Shown here piece after piece: positions 52,065-63,195 of a stretch of 64,000 nt of DNA. This DNA comes from Candidatus Bathyarchaeota archaeon (GTDB lineage Archaea > Thermoproteota > Bathyarchaeia > 40CM-2-53-6), in assembly GCA_963833125.1 (NCBI GenBank), contig CAWHWX010000016.1, positions 224,001 to 288,000 of the forward strand, given 5' to 3'. Under the pieces are notes generated by a model. The model saw nothing but the letters and a program-made list of their open reading frames with translations. It was not told where the DNA came from and searched no databases. Position numbers and translations under genes: made by a program. Position 1 is the first letter of the stretch, and every line of letters starts with the position of its first letter.

Positions 52065-53609
52065 TTGGCGATGCCTGAAGAACTGATCGCCGTTCTAGAT
52101 TTCGGCGGTCAATATTCTCACCTAATAGCCCGCCGAATCAGAGAGTGCGAGGTATATGCTGACCTTATGCCGTTCACCACCAAACCCGCCGAGTTACAGA
52201 AAGCGAACGCGAAGGGGATTGTCCTTTCCGGAGGGCCAGCAAGTGTTTACGATGAGAATGCTCCAAAATGCGATCCAGGAATCTTCAATGTGGGCATACC
52301 TGTACTTGGGATCTGTTATGGTCTCCAACTAATGGTGCAAATGCTAGGTGGCCATGTGAAGGCGACGAGGCGACACGAGTATGGAAAGACTAAGCTAGAG
52401 ATAAGAGACGACTCAGATCTCTTTAGGGATGTAAGGAAACAAATTGTATGCTGGATGAGCCATGGCGATTATGCAGAGGCCCTCCCTAAGGGCTTCAGTG
52501 TAATCGCTACATCTGAGAACTGTCCGACTGCAGCAATCCGCGATGGAGGCCGGAAACTGTACGGCGTTCAATTTCATCCTGAAGTCTCGCATACCGAGCA
52601 CGGAAACGATATCATCAGGAACTTCATAACAACAATCAGTAATTGCCAATCGAGCTGGACCCCCCATTCTATCATTGAGTCGGCTGTGGACGGCATCAAG
52701 GCGAGAGTAGGTAACGAGAATGTCTTGTGTGCTGTCAGCGGTGGGGTAGACTCCACAACGGCTGCGGTTCTTGTTCACAAGGCTATAGGGAGCAGACTGA
52801 CGTGCATCTTCGTCAACCATGGTCTTCTGAGACAGAACGAAGAGGAGAAAGTTCTGAAGACGCTTACTGAAGACCTCAGAATGAATGTCAAATATGTGGA
52901 TGCGTCAAACCGATTCCTTCAACGCCTTAAAGGCGTTAATGACCCGGAAGAGAAACGCAAGATTGTCGGCGAAGAATTCATCAGGGTCTTCGAAGAAGAG
53001 AGTGCAAAGTTAGGAACCTTTGAGTGGTTAGCTCAAGGTACACTCTATCCCGACGTAATCGAAAGCGCGGGAACGAGTAGCCCCGCTTCCTTAATCAAGA
53101 CTCATCACAACGTCGGGGGAATTCCAGAGTGGTCGAGATTCAAGATCGTCGAGCCGCTGAGGTTGCTGTACAAGGACGAAGTGCGTAAAATCGCAAGCAA
53201 ACTGGGATTGCCTGATTCCATTGTGCGTACCCATCCATTTCCTGGCCCGGGGTTGGCTGTTCGTGTAGTCGGTGAGGTTACAGAAGAGAAGCTTCGGGTT
53301 TGTCGTCAGGCTAGTGCCATAGTTGAGGACGAGTTATCGAAGAATGGACGTTACGACGAAGTGTGGCAGGCGTTTGCAGTCGTTGGAGATGATATGGCTG
53401 TGGGTGTGCTCGGCGACCATCGACACCTAGGCCACCTCGTTACAATTCGGATCATAAAGTCCTCCGACGGAATGACGGCGGATTGGGTAAGAATCCCATA
53501 CGATGAGTTAGAAATAATTAGTAACCGAATTACCGGCGAGGTTCAGGGAGTTACATGGGTGACATACGCAATCTCTTCCAAGCCACCCTCAACAATAGAG
53601 CCCTGCTAG
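52065..53609 (+). CDS. guaA: GMP synthase (glutamine-hydrolysing), fused form
   Basis: LDFGGQY, LGICYG, QFHPE, SGGVDS, IKTHHN and KPPSTIE motifs. Confidence 0.97.
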   Translation: MAMPEELIAVLDFGGQYSHLIARRIRECEVYADLMPFTTKPAELQKANAKGIVLSGGPASVYDENAPKCDPGIFNVGIPVLGICYGLQLMVQMLGGHVKATRRHEYGKTKLEIRDDSDLFRDVRKQIVCWMSHGDYAEALPKGFSVIATSENCPTAAIRDGGRKLYGVQFHPEVSHTEHGNDIIRNFITTISNCQSSWTPHSIIESAVDGIKARVGNENVLCAVSGGVDSTTAAVLVHKAIGSRLTCIFVNHGLLRQNEEEKVLKTLTEDLRMNVKYVDASNRFLQRLKGVNDPEEKRKIVGEEFIRVFEEESAKLGTFEWLAQGTLYPDVIESAGTSSPASLIKTHHNVGGIPEWSRFKIVEPLRLLYKDEVRKIASKLGLPDSIVRTHPFPGPGLAVRVVGEVTEEKLRVCRQASAIVEDELSKNGRYDEVWQAFAVVGDDMAVGVLGDHRHLGHLVTIRIIKSSDGMTADWVRIPYDELEIISNRITGEVQGVTWVTYAISSKPPSTIEPC

Positions 53610-53663
53610 ACTCTTGCTGTGACAGAGGCTGTAGAGAATTCTACGAGTTCGAGAATTGGAGGA

Positions 53664-54023
53664 TTAATGGGGCTTGAACGAGTGCCCGCAGCCGCAGGTT
53701 TCTGTTGCATTTGGATTGTTGACTTTGAATCCTTCGCCCATCACTGTTTCTACGTAGTCAACCTCAGACCCATCAACATATTGTGCACTCTGTTCATCGA
53801 TAAGTAGAGTGACTCCGTGAGAGTCGATTACATGGTCACCTTCGTTCTTCTCGTCCACGGCTAGGCCATATTGAAAGCCACTGCAGCCCCCGCCTGAAAC
53901 ATAGAGGCGCAATCCTGCATTTTGCTTGCCTTGCTTTTCTATTGCAGTCTTGACTTTCTCGGCGGCCTTCTCGGTAAGCGAAATTCTCAACGTACTTGTT
54001 GGGTTAAGCAACCTTTGCACCAT
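53664..54023 (-). CDS. A-type Fe-S cluster carrier (IscA/ErpA/HesB)
   Basis: GGGCSGFQY and CGCGHSF motifs. Confidence 0.93.
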   Translation of the reverse strand: MVQRLLNPTSTLRISLTEKAAEKVKTAIEKQGKQNAGLRLYVSGGGCSGFQYGLAVDEKNEGDHVIDSHGVTLLIDEQSAQYVDGSEVDYVETVMGEGFKVNNPNATETCGCGHSFKPH

Positions 54024-54108
54024 CGACGGGTATTACATATGGATTATTTAAGCTTGGATGATTCGAAGGTAGCTTCAGAATTTAGGACAGGACCCAAATC
54101 CATAACAA

Positions 54109-55287
54109 ATGGAGCCCTTAGAATCCATAGAACTAAGGCGAGGGTCTTCTTTGTCACAAACGCTTGGGATCGTCTACAGCGACGTATTCCAGCAATATGA
54201 TTTCGGACCAACCCACCCGCTGAAGCCTGCAAGGCTAAAGTTAACCTACGAGTTGATGCAGGCCACTGGTCTGCTCAAATCTCCGAAGATCAAAGTGGTC
54301 GAACCACGAGTGGCAAGTCTTGAAGAACTTCGTCTCTTCCATGACCAGGCCTATCTTGATCTCGTGAAGGGCGCCGACAAGACTGGTACCGGCTTTCTTG
54401 ATAATGGTGACACGCCAGCGTTCAAGGGATGTTACCAAGCGTCGGCTCTCGCAACAGGTGCGTCTTTGAGAGCCGTCGAATTAGTGATGTCCGGTGAAGT
54501 CACACAGGCTATGAACATTTCTGGTGGTCTACATCACGCTCATCCTGATCGAGCATCAGGTTTCTGCATATTCAACGACCCAGCCGTCTCAATCGCTTAT
54601 CTCAAAAAGAAATACGGACTCAAGAGAATCCTCTACCTGGATGTTGATGCACACCATGGAGACGGAGTCATGTACGGTTTCTACTCTGACGGTTCAGTCT
54701 TAGACATAGACTTCCACGAGGATGGGCATCATCTTTTCCCTGGAACAGGCTCCACAGACGAGATCGGAGAGGGAAAAGGTGAGGGCTACAAAATCAATGT
54801 GCCTCTGCCACCTTTCACGGATGATGAACCATATTTGTCATCGTTTCGGGAAATCGTCCCGGATGCGGTGCGAAAATACCGCCCTGAAATACTGCTTCTT
54901 CAATGCGGAGCAGATGCGCACGCCAACGACCTTCTCGCACATTTGCAGCTAACTACAAGGGCGTACATAGAGGTCGTTAAAGTTGTCCGCGAACTGGCGC
55001 AAGAAGTTGCCGAGGGTCGTTTGGTCGTGTTTGGTGGAGGGGGCTACAATCTTGCTAACGTCGCAAGAACGTGGACTCTCGTCGCATCTACTCTAATTGA
55101 TCTGCCAATCCCCGCGGCATCTCCACAAGTTTGGCAGAAATTGTTTGAAGCGCTCGTCGGTGAACCTGCGCCAAAGAGCATCATGAGTGACGGAGAGGGT
55201 CGAAAGGAACTTTCCAGTCATGTAGACCGCGATGAGATCTTGGGGACTCTCAAGGATCTGAAACAGCGGCTATCTATCCTATCCTAA
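54109..55287 (+). CDS. acuC: AcuC-like class I histone deacetylase family protein
   Basis: GGLHHA, SGFCIFND, DVDAHHGDG and GGGGY motifs. Confidence 0.9.
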   Translation: MEPLESIELRRGSSLSQTLGIVYSDVFQQYDFGPTHPLKPARLKLTYELMQATGLLKSPKIKVVEPRVASLEELRLFHDQAYLDLVKGADKTGTGFLDNGDTPAFKGCYQASALATGASLRAVELVMSGEVTQAMNISGGLHHAHPDRASGFCIFNDPAVSIAYLKKKYGLKRILYLDVDAHHGDGVMYGFYSDGSVLDIDFHEDGHHLFPGTGSTDEIGEGKGEGYKINVPLPPFTDDEPYLSSFREIVPDAVRKYRPEILLLQCGADAHANDLLAHLQLTTRAYIEVVKVVRELAQEVAEGRLVVFGGGGYNLANVARTWTLVASTLIDLPIPAASPQVWQKLFEALVGEPAPKSIMSDGEGRKELSSHVDRDEILGTLKDLKQRLSILS

Positions 55288-55309
55288 TCGCTGGCGACGT
55301 TCGAGTTGA

Positions 55310-56185
55310 TTAGGTGCTCAGTAACCCTTCTTGGGGTTTGAAGGCTCCAGTGAGAATGTCCCGTTGCACTCGAAGATAATCTTCGGGCGTTCCCACATCA
55401 GCCCAATAGCCCTCATGCTTATACCCGAATATCTTACCTTCACTCATTAACTTCGGAAACACGTCCAGCTCCAATGAAGCCCGTCTAGCCTTGGCAATCT
55501 TACCCAAAACTGAAGGCCGAATCACATACACCCCTGCGTTTACCCACGATTCACCAACAGGCTGTTTACGCGGCTTCTCCACGAAGCTCACCACTCTATT
55601 CTCAGCATCAAGCTCCACTGCACCGAAGCGAGCGGGAGTTTTTGATTTCGCCAGCACTACGGTTACCATTGAATCAGATTTCTTATGTGCATAAATGAGC
55701 TTGTCAAGATCTAGATCAGAGAAAATCACGTCTCCGTTTAGGGTTAGGAAATCTGAACTGATCATCAGTTCAGCATTTTTGATCGCGCCCCCTGTGTCGA
55801 GCGGTTCTTTTTCGAAACTGTAACGTAACCGAACTCCAAGCTTACGCTCATCCAAATAGCGAACAATCTGTTCCTGCAGAAATCCTATGGCCAGGATGAT
55901 GCGATCGAACTCGAATCGTTTCAGATACTCTATCTGGTACTCAAGCAGTGGCTGATATCCAATTGGTAGAAGTGGCTTCGGCGTAGCGAAGGTCGTTGGT
56001 CTAATCCTGGGTTCAAGTCCTCCGCACAGAATCAGTGCGGTTCTCTCGGGACGAACCTGCTCCATGCCTAGTTTGAGAAGAAATTCAGCCGTTTGCGAAC
56101 GGTTAGTAAAACGGGCGCCGTCCACCAAAAGGTCGATCTTATGCATCAGAGAAGGGTCGAGCGTCATACTGAATCGGCGTTTCAT
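55310..56185 (-). CDS. Ribbon-helix-helix domain fused to sugar-phosphate nucleotidyltransferase domain
   Basis: N-terminal MKRRFSMTLDPSLMHKIDLLV...NRSQTAEFLL; then PKPLLPI, EPLDTGGA, NGD, FVEKP and WADVGTP motifs. Confidence 0.88.
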   Translation of the reverse strand: MKRRFSMTLDPSLMHKIDLLVDGARFTNRSQTAEFLLKLGMEQVRPERTALILCGGLEPRIRPTTFATPKPLLPIGYQPLLEYQIEYLKRFEFDRIILAIGFLQEQIVRYLDERKLGVRLRYSFEKEPLDTGGAIKNAELMISSDFLTLNGDVIFSDLDLDKLIYAHKKSDSMVTVVLAKSKTPARFGAVELDAENRVVSFVEKPRKQPVGESWVNAGVYVIRPSVLGKIAKARRASLELDVFPKLMSEGKIFGYKHEGYWADVGTPEDYLRVQRDILTGAFKPQEGLLST

Positions 56186-56194
56186 GGCTTCCAA

Positions 56195-56224
56195 GTATTA
56201 CTACATATGCTTTAATTGTATTAC
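56195..56224. promoter_or_regulatory. Putative RHH operator GTATTAC-N16-GTATTAC in a divergent promoter
   Basis: GTATTAC at 56195-56201 and 56218-56224; each half is a GTA-N-TAC palindrome. Confidence 0.55.
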
Positions 56225-56252
56225 CTTCACCTATTATGCCTGGTGAACAGCG

Positions 56253-56396
56253 GTGGAATACTGTCCAGCATGCGGTCATCGAGACTTAGCCCTAAGACAG
56301 AGAGATCAGTGGAATGCAACCGAGCTTCCAACTCTCGCGGAGTTCAGCCTAATCAAATGCGGCTCTTGTAGAAACGTTTGGTGGGAACGCAACTAA
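56253..56396 (+). CDS. Unannotated 47-aa CPxCG zinc-ribbon protein, TFS C-terminal-ribbon-like
   Basis: MEYCPACGHRDLALRQRDQWNATELPTLAEFSLIKCGSCRNVWWERN*; GGTGA Shine-Dalgarno upstream. Confidence 0.75.
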   Translation: MEYCPACGHRDLALRQRDQWNATELPTLAEFSLIKCGSCRNVWWERN

Positions 56397-56665
56397 TTCC
56401 TTTGCGCTTACCAAACCCAAGCCTACGCTTCATTGTCTGCTTAACGAATTACAGAGCATTACATTGAGAACGCACGATTTCCGGCGCAGAGGCTGCCTTT
56501 GGTCGGAATTTGCAATCTAATTCCGATAAAACGGTCTAATCGGCTTCCTTCGGATGATTTCCGGTTTTTGGTCGGCTGAGCTGGCTTACTAGCAGTTCTA
56601 GATACGAGAAACCGACTTAATATGGGCATTTGAGAGGGCATTCGGTCTAAGGTAGGAGCATCGAC

Positions 56666-59322
56666 ATGTACGTTTACCTCTTTGAGGAGGGCAATACCAA
56701 GCTCAGGAATCTCCTAGGCGGAAAAGGCGCCGATTTAGCTGAGATGAGCGGGCTTGGCTTACCAGTCCCGCCAGGCATGACCGTGACAACCGAGGCTTGC
56801 AACTACTACAGCGCTCAAGGCAAGTTCCCTGAGGGTATGGAAAAAGAGATGGTCAACAAGATGACCATGTTAGAAAAGAAGACTGGGAGACGTTTCGGAG
56901 ATGCAGGGAATCCGCTCCTTGTCTCCGTCCGCTCGGGCGCACCGATTTCTATGCCCGGTATGATGGATACTGTTCTGAACCTCGGCTTAAATGACAAGAC
57001 CGTTCAAGGTCTGATTCACCAAACCAACAACAAACGGTTCGCATACGACGTAGTACAGACGCTTCGTACAAATGTTCGGCAAGGTAGTCCTGGGAGTGAG
57101 AGCAGAAGACTTTGAAGCAATTATCACCAAACACAAAGCAAGACTAAACGTAAAGTCCGATGTAGAGCTCGACTCAGAGACACTCGTCCAAATGGTCAAT
57201 GAATTCAAACAACTCGTAGTGCAAGCGACGAAGAAACCGTTCCCCGAAGATCCTACGGACCAGCTCCGCATGGCGGTAGGTGCAGTTTTCGAATCTTGGA
57301 ATGGGCGAAGGGCCAAAATCTACCGAGAGGCGAACAAGATCGCTGACACTCTTGGAACTGCTGTGAACATTCAGACCATGGTCTTCGGAAACAAGGGCCC
57401 CAATTCTGGCACAGGCGTCTGTTTCACAAGAAACCCTTCAACCGGCGAACCCGTGCTGTTCGGGGAATTTCTAATTAACGCTCAGGGTGAAGATGTCGTT
57501 GCGGGAATTCGCACTCCTAAACCAATCTCTGAGCTGAACAGGGAGATGCCAACGGTGTACCGCCAGCTGGTGGATGTATGTCAGCTTCTAGAACACCACT
57601 TCAGGGACATGCAAGACATCGAATTCACGATTGACGATGGTAAACTCTACATCCTGCAAACTCGATCGGGAAAGCGAACCGCTGCATCTGCAATCAGAGT
57701 TGCAGTGGACTTGGTAAAGGAAGGCCTTATCACGAAAGAAGAATCTGTCCTCCGAGTACTGCCTGCCCACTTGGAACAGCTCGTCCATCGACAGATTGAC
57801 CCGAATTATCAGGCTAAACCAATCGCAACTGGGTTACCCGCCTCACCAGGCGCAGCTACTGGCAAGGTCATCTTCGATACGGACGAAGCTCACAGATTAG
57901 GTGCTAGTGGAGAGAATGTTATTCTCGTAAGAGAAGAGACCACTCCAGAAGATATTCATGGCATGATCGCTGCTAAGGGAGTACTTACCAGCAGGGGAGG
58001 AATGACTTCTCACGCTGCAGTCGTCGCTCGTGGAATGGGAAAACCTGCCGTCGTGGGGTGCGAACAGATTAAGATCGACCCATCTTCAACGAGTTTTAGC
58101 TCTGGAAGAGAAACAATCAAGAAAAATGATATAATAACAATTGACGGGACAACCGGAAACGTTCTCCTAGGTGTCGTCCCCACCGTAGAGCCGAAGTTAG
58201 GATCCTCCGCACAGCAGTTGCTAGTTTGGGCCGATGAAATCACGCGCCCTCGGCGTTAGAGCCAACGCGGACACACCAGAGGGAGCAGCGAAGGGCCGGG
58301 AATTCGGAGCGGGCGGAATCGGCCTCTGCAGAACTGAACGCATGTTCAACGCGCAGGACCGTCTACCAATTGTCCAAAGCATGATACTTGCAGCTTCCGA
58401 CGAGGACCGGCTTAAAGCGCTTGAGAGACTCCGGCCACTGCAGAAAGGAGATTTCAAGGAAATATTTCGAAACATGCACGACTTACCCGTGACCATCAGG
58501 TTGCTGGACCTTCCTTTGCATGAGTTTCTGCCCAAATATGAGGAACTAGTTGACGATGTCGCCTCGCTCAAGGCGACGGGGAAAAACCCAGACCTGCTCG
58601 ATTCAAAACAACGCATGCTGAGGAAGGTGATAACCTTGAGCGAGCACAACCCGATGCTCGGACATCGAGGCTGTAGGCTAGCAATCAGTCACCCTGAGAT
58701 TTATGAAATGCAGACTAGAGCGATCTTCGAGGCAGCTTCCGAGTTAGTGAAAGAGGGAATTAACGTTCATGTAGAGATTATGCTGCCGTTGGTGGGAGAG
58801 GCGAACGAGGTCCGCTTTCTCAGAACAAAAATAGTTCAGACAGCGGATAAGGTGATGGAGAGCACCCATACGAAGGTAGACTATAAAATCGGCACGATGA
58901 TAGAGGTTCCAAGGGCTGCCTTAACAGCTGAAGAGATCGCACAGTATGCCGATTTCTTCTCATTTGGCACCAATGACCTCACCCAAGCCACGTTTGCCTT
59001 CAGCCGCGACGATGCCGAAGGGAAATTTCTGAAGGACTACACAGACAATGGGATACTCAAGGTTGATCCGTTTGAGGTTTTAGATCGGAAAGGTGTGGGA
59101 AAATTAATGCAAATGGCTACCGAAGCGGGCCGACGAAGCAACCCGAATCTCAAGGTGGGAATCTGCGGAGAACACGGTGGAGAACCCAGCTCGGTCGAGT
59201 TTTGCCACCAGTTGCGACTTGATTACGTTAGTTGCTCGCCATACCGAGTGCCGATAGCTCGTCTAGTTGCCGCTCAAGCGGTAGCCAGAGAAAAATCGGT
59301 TAAATCCAAGGAAAATCTATAG
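56666..59322 (+). CDS. ppdK: Pyruvate, phosphate dikinase; two apparent indels
   Basis: [42 protein letters not shown] and GICGEHGG motifs across three ORFs. Confidence 0.96.
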
Positions 59323-59330
59323 TGCAGCGA

Positions 59331-61056
59331 ATGTCAGAAACTAGGCCCATAGTTCGCGGAACTAAAGGGTGCGTTACGTCCTCAAACTACTTGGCAACGA
59401 CCGCCGGATTCGAGATCCTGCTCGCGGGAGGAAATGCGTTTGACGCGGCCGCCGACGACAGGGTTGGCGTTACACGTAGTCGAGCCACACATGAATGGTA
59501 TAGGCGGCGAAGCGCCAGCAATCGTGTATTCATCTAGAAAGAAAAAAGTTCTAGCGATCTCAGGCCAAGGAACCGCTCCAGCAGCAGCTACCCTAGACTT
59601 CTTCTTCGATCATGGTATTGATTTGATCCCTGGAGACGGATTCCTGCCAGCAACCGTTCCAGCTTCATTCGACGTTTGGATTACTCTACTCGCTAAATTC
59701 GGAACCATGAGCCTCCGGCAGGTCCTTACGCCAGCCATCCGACTCGCCGAACATGGCTTTCCAGTCTACCCCACACTGGAAAGAAACATCAGGGCTTACG
59801 CAAAACGATTCGTCAAAGAATGGCCCACGACTGCGAGAATCTACATGCAGAACGGAAAGGTTCCCTCGACAGGCCAACTGCTGATCGAATCGGATCTAGC
59901 AAAAACGTTTCGCAGTCTCACGGTTGCAGAGAGGAGAGGAAGCGATAGCCGTGTTAAGGGCCTAATGGCTGCCAGAGAGTACTTCTATTCCGGACCAATC
60001 GCGAGGAAGATCGTGAACTTCACCTCAAATAACCCCATAATGGATAATTCTGGTGAACCCCACGCATGCCTGCTTGATGTTGGTGATTTATCAGATTACG
60101 AGACGAGAATCGAGAGGCCTGTCTCAGTTGAATTCAGAGGCCTGAGAATTCACAAATGTGGGCCTTGGAGTCAGGGACCTGTCTTCCCGCAGCAGCTTCT
60201 ACTACTCGACGGATACGACTTACGGCGAATGGAACATAACTCACCAGATTACATTCATCTAATCACTGAAGCATCCAAGCTGGCGTTCGCTGACCGTGAG
60301 AAATTCTATGGGGATCCTCTGTTCACCCACGTCCCGATGGAGACACTCCTGTCCCGAGAGTACGCAAAGAAACGACGTAAACTCATCAACATGATGAAAG
60401 CCTCTCTCGAGATGACCTCAGGAGCCATCGTCAGCCCGAATAACAGGCCACTTCGATCCCAGAACTTTCGGGGAGATACGACTCACCTTGATGTGGCCGA
60501 TGCTGAGGGGAATATGGTCTCAGTTACTCCTAGCGGTGGTTGGATTTGGAGTTCTCCGGTAGTTGAAGGACTGGGGTTCCCGCTAGGTACGAGGGGGCAG
60601 ATGTTCTCTCTAGAAGAATCCCACCCCAATTGTCTAGCTCCGCACAAAAGACCACGGACAACGCTAAGCCCAACCCTCGTGACGGTTGACAATGACCCGT
60701 TGATGGCATTTGGAACTCCTGGAGGAGACCAGCAAGACCAGTGGACTCTGCAGTTCTTTCTGAATTTCGTCGAATTCAGTATGAATTTGCAGGCCTCGAT
60801 CGACGCCCCAACGTTTCATAGCTCTCATTTCCCAAGTTCATTCTACCCGCATGAATCTTATCCGGGACGTTTGCATTTGGAAGGAAGGATTCCATCTGAA
60901 GTTAGGCGTCAATTAAAACGGAGGGGGCACCGTGTTGTGGTAGAGGATGACTGGGTGAACGGAAGGGTCACCGCCATCCACTTCAACAAGCACACAGGAG
61001 TAATCAGCGCTGCTGCCTCATCTAGATACCAAACGCCATATGCAATGGGGATATAG
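59331..61056 (+). CDS. ggt: Gamma-glutamyltransferase family protein; 5' indel
   Basis: GGNAFDAA, VEPHMNGIGG, GDTTHLDV (nucleophile Thr) and GTPGGDQQ motifs. Confidence 0.92.
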
Positions 61057-61172
61057 ATAGTCAAGAGTCCGTGGCGAATAGCCGAGGCTCACATGACCTT
61101 CAGCCAGCATGAATGATTGAACCTTTATCGGCTGAGAAGATTTCAACACTGCAGGCAACCTAAGAAAAGTGG

Positions 61173-62117
61173 GTGGGACTTCCAACGGCCAGCTCAAATG
61201 ACATAGTGGTTGAGGCGAAAGGCCTACAGAAAAGCTTCGACGGAGTCGAAGCGGTACGGGGCATTAACTTCACAGTACCCAAAGGCGAATGCTTCGGTTT
61301 CCTCGGCCCCAATGGAGCAGGGAAGACGACGACTATGAGAATTATAGGTTGCGTTTCGCCAACAACCGCTGGTTCGTTTCAAGTCTTCGGTTTGGATCCG
61401 AGGCGCTCCCTGAGAGAAATCAAGAGACGGATTGGAGTTGTGCCTCAAGAATCAAATCTCGACGAGGCATTGCCGGTTGAGGAGAACCTGACCGTCTACG
61501 CCCGATTCTTCAACGTGCCGTCACAGTTAGCGAAGCGACGGGCTGAGGAGTTGTTACGTTTCATGGAGTTGACCGAGAAGAGGAATGCAAAGGTTGCCGA
61601 CCTATCAGGAGGCATGAAGAGACGGCTACTAATTTCCAGGGCACTAATGAGCGACCCTGAATTGTTGATTCTTGATGAGCCAACAACTGGACTTGATCCT
61701 CAGGCGCGTCATCTTGTTTGGGACAAATTGTTTGAGTTAAAAGGGCGCGGAGTCACGCAAATAATTACGACACACTACATGGACGAAGCTGAACAGCTGT
61801 GTGATAGGATCGTCATCATGGATCGCGGGCTGATAATGGAAGAGGGTAGACCGAATGAATTGGTCGAGAAACATATTGGCCGAGAAGTCTTAGAGATGCG
61901 CTTGCCTGAGAAGATCATTTCTGAGATGCCGAAGAATGATCCATTGATTCGAGGATTTGATTCCTACAGGGACCTATTAATCCTGTATTCGAATCAAGCT
62001 GATGCTCTCTTGGACAAGATTAAGGCGATGGGTGTCAAAAGCGATTATGCGATTGTGAGAAGAAGCACGTTAGAAGATGTTTTTCTCAAGCTAACAGGCA
62101 GGCGTTTGGCCGAATGA
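61173..62117 (+). CDS. ABC exporter ATP-binding protein (NodI/DrrA-like)
   Basis: GPNGAGKTT, LSGGMKRR and DEPTTGLDPQAR motifs. Confidence 0.92.
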   Translation: MGLPTASSNDIVVEAKGLQKSFDGVEAVRGINFTVPKGECFGFLGPNGAGKTTTMRIIGCVSPTTAGSFQVFGLDPRRSLREIKRRIGVVPQESNLDEALPVEENLTVYARFFNVPSQLAKRRAEELLRFMELTEKRNAKVADLSGGMKRRLLISRALMSDPELLILDEPTTGLDPQARHLVWDKLFELKGRGVTQIITTHYMDEAEQLCDRIVIMDRGLIMEEGRPNELVEKHIGREVLEMRLPEKIISEMPKNDPLIRGFDSYRDLLILYSNQADALLDKIKAMGVKSDYAIVRRSTLEDVFLKLTGRRLAE

Positions 62118-62896
62118 ACCCATTCAAGCCCGTGAGGTTCTCGCCACGACAGGCATTTAGGGTCTGGCAGCGTGAGGTCAGCGTCTACAGACATGTATAC
62201 AGGTCGACCATAATCTCGAACCTGATGGATCCCATGGTGTACCTGCTCGCTTTAGGCTTCGGCTTGGGGGCGTACGTTACGCGAATCGAAGGGTTGTCCT
62301 ACATTCAGTTCATTGCACCAGGGCTGATCGCTTCATCGATAATGACGGCTGCGTCGTTCGAGACAACCATAAACACGTTCGTTCGAATTAATTTCGACAA
62401 GGTGTATGAAGCCATGATGGCGACCCCCGTAACCGTGGAGGACATCGTTGTGGGTGAATTGTTTTGGGCGACAACACGGAGCACAATTTACGCAACCGTG
62501 ATGCTTGCAGTCGTCGCCGCCCTCGGGCTCGTACATTCTTGGTTTGGGATATTGGTGCCTTTCATGGGCGTATTGGGAGGTCTAATGTTTGCAGTTATCG
62601 GCTTAACTTACACTTCATTCTTGAAGAGCATATACCACGTAAACTACTTCTTCACCCTCTTCGTCACTCCGCTCTTCCTTTTCTCCGGAGTTTTCTATCC
62701 ACTGGATCCGCTACCGCAAGTTGTCAAGGACATAGCATTCTTCAGTCCACTATACCATCTCGTGAACGTGGTTCGGCCCTTAGTTCTCGGAAATGTCGGT
62801 ATACCGGTCCTCTTCGATCTCGCTTGGATTCTTGCGTTCCTCGCAATATTCATCGCAGTCCCTGTGAATTTGCTACGAAGCAAACTAGTCAAGTAA
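62114..62896 (+). CDS. ABC-2 permease (NodJ-like)
   Basis: YIQFIAPGL and FLFSGVFYP motifs; six TMs. Confidence 0.9.
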   Translation: MNPFKPVRFSPRQAFRVWQREVSVYRHVYRSTIISNLMDPMVYLLALGFGLGAYVTRIEGLSYIQFIAPGLIASSIMTAASFETTINTFVRINFDKVYEAMMATPVTVEDIVVGELFWATTRSTIYATVMLAVVAALGLVHSWFGILVPFMGVLGGLMFAVIGLTYTSFLKSIYHVNYFFTLFVTPLFLFSGVFYPLDPLPQVVKDIAFFSPLYHLVNVVRPLVLGNVGIPVLFDLAWILAFLAIFIAVPVNLLRSKLVK

Positions 62897-62898
62897 CT

Positions 62899-62993
62899 TG
62901 GTGGGCCGGGCCGGACTTGAACCGGCGACCATCTGCGGGCTGAACTTCTGTGTTTGTCAGGCAGATATCCTAACCAAGCTAGACGACCGGCCC
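62899..62993 (-). tRNA. tRNA-Val(GAC) with canonical 37/38 intron (62938-62954, 17 nt)
   Basis: Reverse complement GGGCCGG...TCTGC-CTGACA|intron|C-GCAGA...GGTTCAAGTCC...CCGGCCCACCA; BHB helix CTGA/TCAG. Confidence 0.95.
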
Positions 62994-63195
62994 AAAGCGT
63001 TCCGTGAATTCGAGGGCCGAGAAATAAAGGCTACCGGCGGGGTCGGTGGCGAGATTCGGCGACTTGGTATGAGGGAATTTGCTTCTTTCCAAACACAGGT
63101 CGGACGGAACACATTCGAAAGAGCCAACAAGACAAGAGGAACCCGAAACGCAGATTAAAGTCAGCCTTTGGGTTTAGGTAAGGAAGCAGGTAGCT

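Noticed and set aside
986-61056. Numerous split genes (dnaK, dnaJ, htpX, DUF885, subtilase, ammonia-lyase, ppdK, ggt) as pseudogenes or programmed frameshifts
   Set aside because: The breaks are single-base indels scattered through essential genes, often in short homopolymers, and there are no in-frame stops or shared slippery motif. Sequencing error is the simplest explanation.
20603-62993. The two tRNA-Val genes as attL/attR of a 42-kb element
   Set aside because: They are inverted, both complete, have different anticodons, and enclose core housekeeping genes
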